A stretch of DNA of 64,000 nt from Tubiluchus corallicola. Taxonomy: Eukaryota > Animalia > Priapulida. The notes under the pieces were generated by a model. The model was given only the letters and a program-made list of their open reading frames with translations, was not told the DNA's origin and did not search any database. This document shows positions 27,536 through 39,460 of the stretch, in pieces. The stretch lies in assembly GCA_030141605.1 (NCBI GenBank), contig JAQGDQ010000097.1, positions 578,400-642,399 on the forward strand, in the 5' to 3' direction. A program made the position numbers and the translations under genes. Position 1 is the stretch's first letter. Every line of letters begins with the position of its first letter.

Positions 27536-28509
27536 CTAACAGCTTGAGCTTGTTTTGGCCTTCTTCCGTTTTTTCAGGACTACTTTTTTGAGGAACAGTT
27601 TTTAAATCTAAATGTCGTTGAGAAAAATGAGGTTCACCGAATGTAGGAGCAAAACTCTGGTGCTTCAAATAATAGTCAATACTCGATGCAGTCAAAGCAG
27701 TCACTTTATTAAATCTAAGCACAAAACCAAGTAATCCAATTGCCTCTGAGCACGTAAGTAAAAATTCTCATGGTGTATTTTGTTAAGCCGTATCTCGCAT
27801 TCAAATCTAACTCAAAACGTATATACAGCAATCAATAGATTATTGAACTTTCACAAGTACCCAAATCCTTATCACAACAAGATCATATACACACTGCGAG
27901 ACATACATAAGCCAATATAGCAAGCGTGCTTTTCTGTTTAGATATAGAGAGTATAGTGAGTTAGTCCACCGTAATAATTAAAACGCTGCAGTGGCTATAT
28001 ACGCACGAAACTAATTTGTTTATGTTAAGATAAACAAAGCCGTATTTAGTAAAAATAATTACCTCAAAATGCTGAGTCTCAGGCAGTCTAGCTTTTCCCT
28101 GTAGCATAAACAACGATTGTGAATAGAGTTTGGTAAGAAAACACATTTACAGAGCCGCTACTTGTGAAGCTATAAGATATGTGAGCTTTTGGGAAAGCAT
28201 TTTATGCCTTATATATTAACTCTGTGTATAGCAATGCTGTGCATTTAGTGAGAAAGCCTTGTAGTGATTAATATGAGCAGTTTTGTTGCAAAGGCGTCTG
28301 GTTTCAGGGCATTAATAAGCAGAACGCTTGGGTTCGGCTTTTCGTTAATATAGGCTTGTAGGCCAGTGCATGTTCTTGTGCATGAGAATTTTTCCCAATA
28401 CTGAGAAATATTGATTTAAAATTAAAACCATCTGAACAATAATTATTAAAGCAATGATTAAATTATTAGACGTTGTGAAATTACTATTCAGTATTTTTAC
28501 ATCAATTTC

Positions 28510-28662
<153 letters not shown>

Positions 28663-29781
28663 TATAGCAGCAATATTAATTTAAGTCAATTCAGCTTGTT
28701 GAATGGTGGATGGTTAAAATTAGTTTTTTGTTTTAATAATGTTATGCCAAAATTATTATTTTATGATAATTATGAAAAAGCTTTGCTCGTATATAACACA
28801 GCAATAACAAAACTTTTGACTTGTGCCAAAGCTGAGAAAATTTTCCATTTTATTAGGTTGATTAAAATTCGCAATGGCCATATTAGAATCCAAAAAAAAA
28901 CTTGCAAATAACCTATGCCGTACAAGGATTAATTATGACAAAAATTCCAATTCGAGCACCAATTCGAACTCAGAAACAACCCATGAAATCGAAAATCGTA
29001 TAATCAAAATTCAAAGTGGTATTAATTACTGCTTTTGATGAAGAAATAAAGCCTCTTGTAAGGTTAATATGAAAATGTAACCAACGATAAGAAAAATCCA
29101 TGTTCTTAACTGCCCAGCCAATGAACTAAATCAGAGCTTGTCACATTTTCTTTCAGTTTTCCATGGATATATACTAGACATGGTAAAGTCTTTTAATTGT
29201 GTCCCAGCTGTCATAGATCAGCAGTTAACAAGACGACTTTGATTTCAAAGTGTATAATTACAATACCATATAACTGCAACTACAATGAGAAATCAATTTT
29301 CTCAGTTCTGTCTGTAAAACGCTGGATTCACGAAAAGACGTTGGCTAACAGCCGGCACACATTCCTCGTTGGCTGTCTTCGCTCTAACCAGTCACAAATT
29401 AGCTGAACACTGAGTCTGTTAGCAGCATGGTATCCCTGGCTTCGGTTATATTTGGCAGCAACAAATGGTAACCGAGCCGGCAGTTCTTAGCTAGATCCGC
29501 GCCCCGCATGTGTTAATAGTTTTTCTACAAGACAAGCAATTAGTGCGCTGGTTAGTCTTTATCAGCCTTAAGAAATTGACTCTCTGGTATTAAAGTCTTT
29601 AAGTTGGATATTTCCGACGCTGCGGGAATCTGGACATGTTGTAGGAAATTAAATTTAATGAATTTAAAGAAGGATATGCAGCAGGAAATGTATCATCCGT
29701 ATGGGGCACGTAGTTTCTTCGCCGTAGCTAATTTTGGCAGAGTCCATTTGTATAAGTCGTTTAGTTTAACTTAAAATAAGC

Positions 29782-29830
29782 TACCGTAAAACGGGGTGAG
29801 TTCGCCACCCGAGGGTGAGTTCGCCATCCA
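29782..29830 (+). mobile_element. Single terminus of a putative TA-target DNA transposon (pogo/Tc1-mariner-like)
   Basis: TA|CCGTAAAACGGGGTGAGTTCGCCA followed by a second GGGTGAGTTCGCCA (subterminal direct repeat). A related TACCGTAAATGGGG occurs at ~5383. I did not find the partner TIR. Confidence 0.4.
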
Positions 29831-31300
29831 TTACGTAATGGCCATTGTAGGTCTGCTGTAACTATTGTTCAGTGTTTAATGAACAGATATCATGATCACC
29901 GTCATTATAAACAGTTTGCGACAGTTATCTTCTTTCAATTCGCACTAGAAGTATTCCATTCTGCGCTACATATTGCTTGTCTACTATTTCTGGCTTGTAC
30001 CATTTGTACCATTTTTACGTTAAATGTTGAACGAGAATAGTTGCTTTGCAATGTGTAACTGAACATGTGTCATACTCAATATGAAACCGAGGTTATTTGA
30101 CAAGCTTTGAAATAAGATTTGATAAGATAAAACGTTATTGTTACAGCACAGGCTAAACGTTTTTAACAAGACGGTAAAGCGAAAAATTTAAAGCGTAAAA
30201 GCGAAATTTAAATATAAATTCTAACTTTCAAAAATCTTTTTACTAAAACTTTTCAAGAAGCTATGGTTCTTTCCCACATGAATGGCTTAGAATTATTTGA
30301 TCCCTGCTAAAACAAACGAATAGCTTTAAACCAGTAACTTTAAATGATTCACACAGCCATTAGTTAGATATTGATTTATGGCTTTTAGTTGATTTTTCTA
30401 GATTTTGCTTATGAAACTTTACTGGAAGCTGGACACGGCATAGCATGTTGTTCCTTGTCACTAAGGCAGCAAACTTTTCACTCTAAGAGAACTCATTGAA
30501 TTCCTTTGTCCTAATCTTATTCGCAAAAATGTTCGCAAAATAATCAAAAGAGCCAACTATTTTTCGTCGTTGTGCAAAATTATTATCAATGCCTACTTGA
30601 AAATTCGCTGCTTTTATAAGTACTATCTGCTATAAGTATTTCAATCAAGACTAACATGGAACTGTATAGCATGGCAGCAAAATGGATTTGTCATAATTCT
30701 GCATTCTCAAGATTCTGTTAGATATTTTTTGCATTTGCCGATGTGCCCTAAAACACCACAGAATTCCATAAATTTTATTAAACTTTTCAGGCTTCAATAA
30801 CAACAAAAACGTTAAATTTGTTGTTTTAAAGTCGTATTCGCTTAGTTATCATTATTGCTACACAGAGTGAGTGTTGCTCAGATCTGGTATACAAAGATAA
30901 CAGTGGCGGAATAATATTTTTATAAAAGTTATCTAGTCGATTGACTTCTATGTTTTGGTACATTAGTGCCACATTCGACTGTAAAGAAGAAAAATCGTTA
31001 CTACTGCTAGCACAACTTTATAACGAAGTTTGCAATTCCGAGTTCTGTAAGTTCAATTCACTTCAGTTCAATTTAATTCAGTTCAATTTACCTTTTGTTT
31101 CCTGCTGAAATTGCAACATAACATACTAAAACAAAAAAATAGTACGCACATACAAAGACACACAAAAAGTCCTAAGACTACTAAATACAAAAAATAAGTA
31201 CAAATTAAAAAACCACTCAATAAACAATAACACACAAATGGAAAAAATTGAGCAAGCAAAGAGCTGGAGGTAGCACCTGTGTAAAAGGCTTTGGAAATTT

Positions 31301-32000
31301 TAATTAAATACTAATCAGTGAGAAATATTACAGTGCAAGTTTCCTTATGTATAATATAATATTAAGATCCTGAAACATCTTAGGCAAATATATAATATGA
31401 TATGATATGATATGATATGATATGATATGATATGATATGATATGATATGATATGATATGATATGATATGATATGATATGATATGATATGATATGATATGA
31501 TATGATATGATATGATATGATATGATATGATATGATATGATATAATATAATATAATATAATATAATATAATATAATATAATATAATATAATATAATATAA
31601 TATAATATAATATAATATAATATAATATAATATAATATAATATAATATAATATAATATAATATAATATAATATAATATAATATAATATAATATAATATAA
31701 TATAATATAATATAATATAATATAATATAATATAATATAATATAATATAATATAATATAATATAATATAATATAATATAATATAATATAATATAATATAA
31801 TATAATATAATATAATATAATATAATATAATATAATATAATATAATATAATATAATAGATATATATTACCTTAATTTTTTAAACCTCAGAAGATCCAAAA
31901 ACATCTTAGGCAAATATAAACAAATATAAAGCTTAGAGGTTTACTAAAGAAAACTTGCAGTGTAATATTTCAATATTTCTCACTGATTAGTTATTAATTA
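31301..32000. mobile_element. Inverted-repeat-bounded element enclosing a pentanucleotide satellite
   Basis: TAATTAAATACTAATCAGTGAGAAATATTACAGTGCAAGTTT (from 31301) pairs with AAACTTGCAGTGTAATATTTCAATATTTCTCACTGATTAGTTATTAATTA (to 32000). Confidence 0.55.
31393..31857. repeat. (GATAT)n then (AATAT)n pentanucleotide microsatellite
   Basis: Directly visible, with one switch of unit near 31541. Confidence 0.97.
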
Positions 32001-35000
32001 ACATATATTACACTTCGTATATACATATGCAAAATGTCATTAAAGAACAGTTACAATATCACGAATACGAGCAAATTTATTGCCGTATCTTCTAATGTTT
32101 GCCTGTTTGGTTCACGTGTTGTTTGAACCACAAAGAAATTAAGTAAATTTAATCATGTATAATCTCCAATCATGTTCCATGTTTTCACATCAAATACTGT
32201 AAATTCGCACGAGAACCTTCAAATGCAGCGAAATTACTGCAAAAACGTTTGATATTTAACAATGGACCCCCCACACAGTCGCCCTTTCAATACTACCTGC
32301 ATCAAGAAATTGAGGATATTCTGCAGTAAGGAAGAATTAAACAGAATTTGCGCAGACGATGCGCAGTTTTATGAAATGCCTGTTTATCTAAAACAAGTTC
32401 TTTAGAAGCAGCATTGTTCATTACAATGTTACTGTACAAATATGGAGAGAACTGTTTCTCCTCCCCTCGCATTCTGGTCTTTTAGAATTCGAGCAAACAC
32501 CAACTCTGCCTGCCCAAGATGACCAGAAAATTTTAAGCAGTGCAAACAAAACGCGGGGCTGCATCGTGCAGATGATTTTAGACGAAAAATTCTTATATAG
32601 TAAAATTCTTTTTATCCAAACATGCTGTTTAAACAGTTCGCGTCGCCATTGCGACGCAAGTAAATTTGAAATGTTCTTAATTTAATGAGAAGCTTTTAAT
32701 TCTGTTTGTCAGAGTCTGAAGAATTTTCAAAGTACAAAGTCGGTCGAATTGGAATAATCGGAATGTATGGAAAATGTCCTTGAAATTTCATCTCTTAAGC
32801 AGAGGACCTAAAACGAGCCTATTATATTTCATTTACTAAACTTGATTAATGAAAGTTAACCTATTTAGCCAGGGTTGGAGCTGATTCATAATTAAAAAAA
32901 TAATTAGTATCAGTGACAGGTAGGGAAACTTAGTCAGTTTCCAAGTTCAAAATATGCTAAAATATACTAGTATTATATAAGATAGTGTATAATTATGAAA
33001 TGTATCTTTTAGATATTGAACTGTCGTAAGTCAGAATCAGCCTAACGATTTAACTAACGGTTATCACAATTGTGACATCACAATAACTGTTTAATACCTA
33101 AAAATCTATCAATGAAACTCAACTAATCTTATTAACTACGAAGATTGTGAAATATAATCGGAACTTTGGAATGAGTTTAAAAACTGAAATCAAAATTAAA
33201 ACCAGTTCGTCAGACCTCTACATGATAGTATAATAAATTCAAATGTTTGGGCCTTTGAAAGTGGTTAAATAGTATGCTTGTTCGAAGAATTCAAGAGCAG
33301 CACTGTAAAGTAGCTAGCTCTGCCATTTGGTAATGGCTTGGGGCGCTGACCATTATGAACATCGACGCGAGGGCCACTTCATCAAACTCCGTAGAAAAGC
33401 CTCCAAATGCTCCCCTTTACTGACTAAGTGAGGCTTTCTTGAATGAAAGCTAGGCGGTAAGATTTAGCTGCGTCCTGAAGGGAATATGGTTGGTTCCTTC
33501 AGGCGTGGGTCGTATTCATATAAAAATTTTTTACAAATTCGTAAAATTATGAAAGTATTCATTTAGCTTTTTCTACGTTAGGTTTGTCAACCATTTTTTG
33601 TTTTATGTTTTCACATACACGTTTGTGTGATAAGCGTCGAGTAGAATGGCCTTTCTCGTTTTAGCCTTTTCACTGCCTCCACGGCACTTTCAAGTCTGAA
33701 GCGAAGTGAGATTTCAATAGACGCTTCTATCGCTTAAGGTCAATTCGTAATACGTTCTCAATAACTTTCTAAAACCTACACAGGTATCGATATAATGGCT
33801 GCTGATATTAGTGCACCTGTGTATAGAGATGAGTGCTAAGATGCATTCAGACCACCTTGCAGGATTTCACACCTTCATAAAAGAGATATGGGCATTAAGA
33901 AGCGCGCCCTTTCAGAGCTTACTGCGCCCTCAAGATTAGAGAAACCACGAGTGGATGGGCTGCCACGGTCATTCTGGGTTAAGTGAGGATTGACTGTCCA
34001 TCAGAGGCGCAGGTGGACAGCGGTCAAACGGCCCATGAAGTACCTATTTTAACATAATAACCTAATAGAGAGTTTTAATGCGCAGTTAGTAGATGGGTTT
34101 GCGAGTCAAGGCCGATATTTCAATGTAACCCTGGTCTGACATACAGCCAGCAAATGTTTCAAGTGGACGTGAGTGACTCGAGCACTTTCCTTGGCAAAGG
34201 CAACTCAAAACCACTCACAAAATACATTAGAAGGCACTTTAGCCTTTAACTAACTGCTGAATTAACTTCAATTTTCCAGAACTACAAAGGCAGTCTTGAT
34301 GAGTGCCAAGCAGTATGTAATTATCTTGAGCAAGTTTGGTTCTCAGGTTTGTTAATATTAAGCTTATAGTACTGTTGCTGAAGTTCTATTAACCTTATTT
34401 GATTTTGTCGTTTTAAATCAATATAAATAATTAAAAATAATTTCTTAATATTTGTAGTAATTCATCAATTTAAAGGTTTAATGAGTTTAAAAAAATTAGA
34501 CTGTAGGTGTTATGGACTTACGTACATAAAGATCGTAGAGCGACGGTCACTGAGTAATTTCATTTAAAATATTAGGCTAAATTTCATTAAAAAATTGAAC
34601 TAATTACAGCATATCTGTATGGAAGGCAGATAATCGAAACAGTGACCAAATTTAGCAGATGCGCTGCCTTCAGTAAGAAACTGCAGATGTAAGTAAATTT
34701 ATACTTAACGGTTAGTAACACTGATGAATGGAAAATAAACTAAAAACGCAATTTGACAGACGAATTGTCTTTCTTATGTCCGGTTCTCAGTCGAAGGTTG
34801 TATTTGTGTACTTTGCGTTTAGTAATGACTCTATAAACGAAATTTATCGGAATATACACTGATAAAGCATTTGCTGATCAAACTTGGGAAACCCGGAAAG
34901 TTCTCTTCCATTAATTGCATACGTACAATCGTACACGCATTAAGCGTGGAAAGATGTTATTAAAAAATGCCCCGTGGATCTGCCGCGGCAAGACCATTAA

Positions 35001-38000
35001 ATATGAAGTTGAAAGGTTAAACGAAGTTTGATGTCACGTCAAATGTGGTCTAGGTTAAAGTGGAACAACTGATGGAGTTCTTCAGTTTGTTTTTGTTGAC
35101 GATGTTTTCTTTTTCTCACAAATGTTTACACAAGTTGGTGCGATTTCACAGGCTTATGCAGTCTCGTTGCAGTGCTACAACTTAGTTACGTATACACTAA
35201 GCACATTGAAATATACTTGATATATGCACTTGAAATAAATAAAAGTCACCAAAACACTTAAAGCAAAGAAAACGCTCTTCATAGATAAAGCTTGAAAATT
35301 TGTCTTGAAATTTCATTCACTTACATCCTACCTCACTGCATACAGAGCTTTTAACTAACATTTAGACCCTAAAGATGAGCGTTAGGAGCAGCCATTTTAA
35401 GGGCAGGTTGTTTTAAAGATAGCATTGCGTAAATTTTGAAAAAATACTCAGAGTATTCATTAATTTAGCAAAAATTTAATTACTTTATGTTGTCAATAAG
35501 ATCAATAATGTGTTTTTGGTGAATCAGAGATGCACACTGGGACGAAGTGCCGTTTGGCTAGGTGGGCGTGGGCATTTAAATTATTAAGAATTTTTTTTTA
35601 TTTACGTAAGTCTTTCATAAAGGCAAGCGTAATGCTAGCTAATACAACTTTCTATGGAAAGTTATTCGGTATATATGTTAAAATTCCATTTTCTTCCCCT
35701 TTCAACAGTTACAATTTACGTACAATGCTTTTCCGTTTCACACATCTCCCTTTTATAGATTGACAGTCAAAATCATTTTTCTTTTAATAGAAACTGTCAG
35801 AACAAGGTTCACTAATTTTAATATTGTGTGTCAGTAACATATCGATTTTGTTGTACATAAGTAACGTGATGAACTACTGAACACACAAATCACCAAGGAA
35901 ACTATAATATTAGAGACAAGGTGTAAATTCGTCACTTTTACGGTAATTTATTCAGGTTTGGTAGTGCTAAATTATTAATTATTCCATCGAATCAATCTAG
36001 AAAATTACGCCGTAGTAGCGTCAGTCAACTGAAATATCTTGATTAACAATAATTTCGTGCTTCCAGATTCCTTCATTTAAAGAATATACAATATTTTTGT
36101 CAAAAGTGCCGCTACCGTCCAATTCAGTCAAACAACAAAGGGCCTGTTTTTAATGTATTATGCTTTTTTGAAGACTTTTAGCCCCAGCAAAAACTGCATA
36201 CAAAAATTCAAAAATGAAAATTAATTCTATTAAAGTATTAATAAACAAAGACTGTACATAGTCATAAGTAATTGTTCTGCGACGAACTAAAACATCAGTG
36301 TCTTATCATCGTCATCATCATATTGCCTGTGTCAACACCGTCATCATCATTGCCGTCATCGTCAGCAACACTAGTTACTGTAATAACAGCATAATGGTCA
36401 TTTGTAAGCGTCGTCGCTTTCAAAATCACCGTCACCATCGCCGTCGCTGCTTACCATTGCCATAGTTACTCTATTAACCCTGTTTTGTGAAATTAAAAAG
36501 AACAATTACCGTAATTTTTATACAATAATTATGAACACAGCATATAATTTACTTCCAAAATTGCTTGCGTTATGAATTACTGCCTAAACTATTACAGTAC
36601 TCTTGTTGACCCTACCAATCAGCTTCGTTACACAGAAGCTCGTCAAACTAAATGGGCTGATAGTAGGTTGATAGTTTGGTAAGAGAAGAAAAGTATTTGC
36701 TCAACTCTTCAGTTGCACAATAGCAAGCTATCCGGACGGCTGCAAGCTCTTCTAGTATCAGCCTCACAGCTAGCATTAGCTAACGTTACAAGACGATTGT
36801 CATGGCTCAAATGGCTTTCCAAATTGGCCTTAATCTTGTGCTAATTGCTGTCCTGAACAAGCCTGCTGTTACGATCAAGGCAAGCCTACTGTGATTACAA
36901 GCAGATCTGCATTTATATTGCAGTCTTGAAGTTTTTACTGCAGTAATTACACAGTACATACTATGATTAGATTAAGAAGATTCGAATCTTTCTTTAACCG
37001 TCTAGTAGACGTTCAGAAACTATGATTTTTCAAGACTTATATATGTACAAAAGCCAACTGATTTCCCTATATTGAACTCACAGATGACGACTTGCAATGT
37101 TGTTGCTTGTTGTTGCTGACGCAAAAAACTATACTGAATGTTAGTTATAAAATAATTGATCGTACAAAAATCTGCTGTTCTACGTTCAACTACATGAACT
37201 GAATCCTGGTCTTTAGATCGGCCAGACGTGTTAACCCATTCAAGTCCCATTGTCTATAGTCTAAAGGCCAGGAATTCTAAATCTAAATCCCCGAGGTGCT
37301 TAATTTCTGTACTCGGGATTGTTGATCTTTCTCAGCTTAGTGAATGTAATCCCCGAAAAAGGCTAAACTTTTACTACAGCTATAAAACAAATAAAAAATA
37401 CAATTTTTTGCGATCCTAGCTTAGCTTTTAAACTTTTCTACTATTTAAAATTGTACTTATAAAAGAGCAGTGATTAAATTACATAAAAATTATTGTTCTA
37501 CACGATTTGGCGACTTTTGTTTCAAAAGTTAGTTTCAATATCAGAATTTCATTTTCATTTTAATAAGCTGTCAAAATTTCGCGACATCAATTTCAAAATA
37601 AAACTATAAAAGTTTTAGAAATAGCAACAAAACAAAATTATAGCCGTGGACGTGGATGGCATAATAAAAAAAGTTATGTTTTTATCCGCTTACAAACAGC
37701 TATTTCGTAGCCAATTTCATCCTGCTTCTTCGATGTAAACATTAGCAATATGCTACCCTCTTCGAAAAGCAAAACCATTGAATTTTGTTAGGGTTATTAA
37801 AATGTTGTTAAATGTTAATCACATTGTTAATTGCTCGGAAGCGATACCTGACAAGCCACTGGCATAGTTAGCAGTGTCTAGTTTTTTGCTGGATTATTCC
37901 GGTTTATCAGTCTTGAGGGCAGATTTTCTTCTGTTTGCGCAATGTCTATTGTGTGTTGATGATGTTGAGGATGATGATGATGGTGATGATGATGACGACG

Positions 38001-38001
38001 A

Positions 38002-38574
38002 CGCCGACGACGACGACGACGGCGATGATGATGATGATGATGATGATGAAGACAAAGACGACGATAACCCGCATTGGGCTGCGAAATATCAGTTTATTAG
38101 CAAATAAAACAAATATCTTCTTATTATGGCATCCATGACTCCGCCTATAATCTTTGTTTTTTAAAGATCTTGAAAAGCTTTTATTTTTCGTTGTTTTACG
38201 TAGAATTCCTTCTGTAGCTCTCCGTTACATAGCGGATATTGTCGCCAAACTGTTAGAAACTGTCAACATTTATTACCGCCCAAAACCGCGCCTTCTTTCA
38301 AACAACTGTTTTTGTAATAATGTTGATATGCTTTACAGCCTGCTATAACGAAGTTACAGAAGGAATTGCAAACAACGAAAAAATGTGCTTTTCAAGATCT
38401 TTAAAAAAGATATAGCGGATTGCGGATGATTATTATAAGAAAGATATTTGTTTTATTTTAAGTTAATAAACTGATAGTTTCGCAAGCCCAACGCGGCTAT
38501 CGTCGTCTTTGTCTTCATCAATACGCATCATCATCATCATCATCATCATCATCGCCGACGACGACGACGACGGC

Positions 38575-38625
<51 letters not shown>

Positions 38626-38890
38626 GACAAAGACGACGATAACCCGCATTGGGCTGCGAAATATCAGTTTATTAGCAAATAAAACAAATATCTTCTTATT
38701 ATGGCATCCATGACTCCGCCTATAATCTTTGTTTTTTAAAGATCTTGAAAAGCTTTTATTTTTCGTTGTTTTACGTAGAATTCCTTCTGTAGCTCTCCGT
38801 TACATAGCGGATATTGTCGCCAAACTGTTAGAAACTGTCAACATTTATTACCGCCCAAAACAGTTGTTTGAAAGAAGGCGCGGTTTTGGG
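38002..38890. repeat. Direct-inverted-direct triplication of a ~0.3 kb unit
   Basis: 38002..38286 and 38553..38861 are identical apart from (GAT)n length, and the track shows the same MFFKDLEK... ORF at 38154 and 38729. 38287..38552 is a degraded reverse-complement copy. Confidence 0.92.
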
Positions 38891-39217
38891 GTGTTGTTTG
38901 TAATTATTTATCGGTTGGTTATTCAAAAGAGTGGAATGACATTAAGCAGGCGAGGAGGGCGCACGTGTGCAGAAATCCACACTTGATAGTGTAAACATTC
39001 AGCTAGATGATCCAAACATTACAGCACAATTAAAGGCCACCGAATCCCCTCTGCTGTAAACAACTATAAACCAGCTACATTTCCCCAATGCAACAACGAA
39101 CCATAATTATCCTGGCAACACTGTAGTAAACTTTAGCTCAGCAGTGTAGACGAAGTCACCGATTGTGTTTATAAACCATTATTAGTAATGATGATGAAGA
39201 TAATAATAATAGCAGAC

Positions 39218-39460
<243 letters not shown>

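Noticed and set aside
29345-29400. HDV-like ribozyme (ACAGCCG...TTCCTCGT TGGCTGT)
   Set aside because: P3 pairing fails and there is no GG for P1.1 or a P4/P2, so it is only a simple hairpin.
31393-31857. CRISPR-like or telomeric array
   Set aside because: A pure pentamer microsatellite with no unique spacers and not a TTAGG/TTAGGG unit; the context is eukaryotic.
32640-32660. GCGTCGC/GCGACGC hairpin as a Helitron 3' end
   Set aside because: No CTRR terminus follows at the expected distance, and a 7-bp stem can occur by chance.
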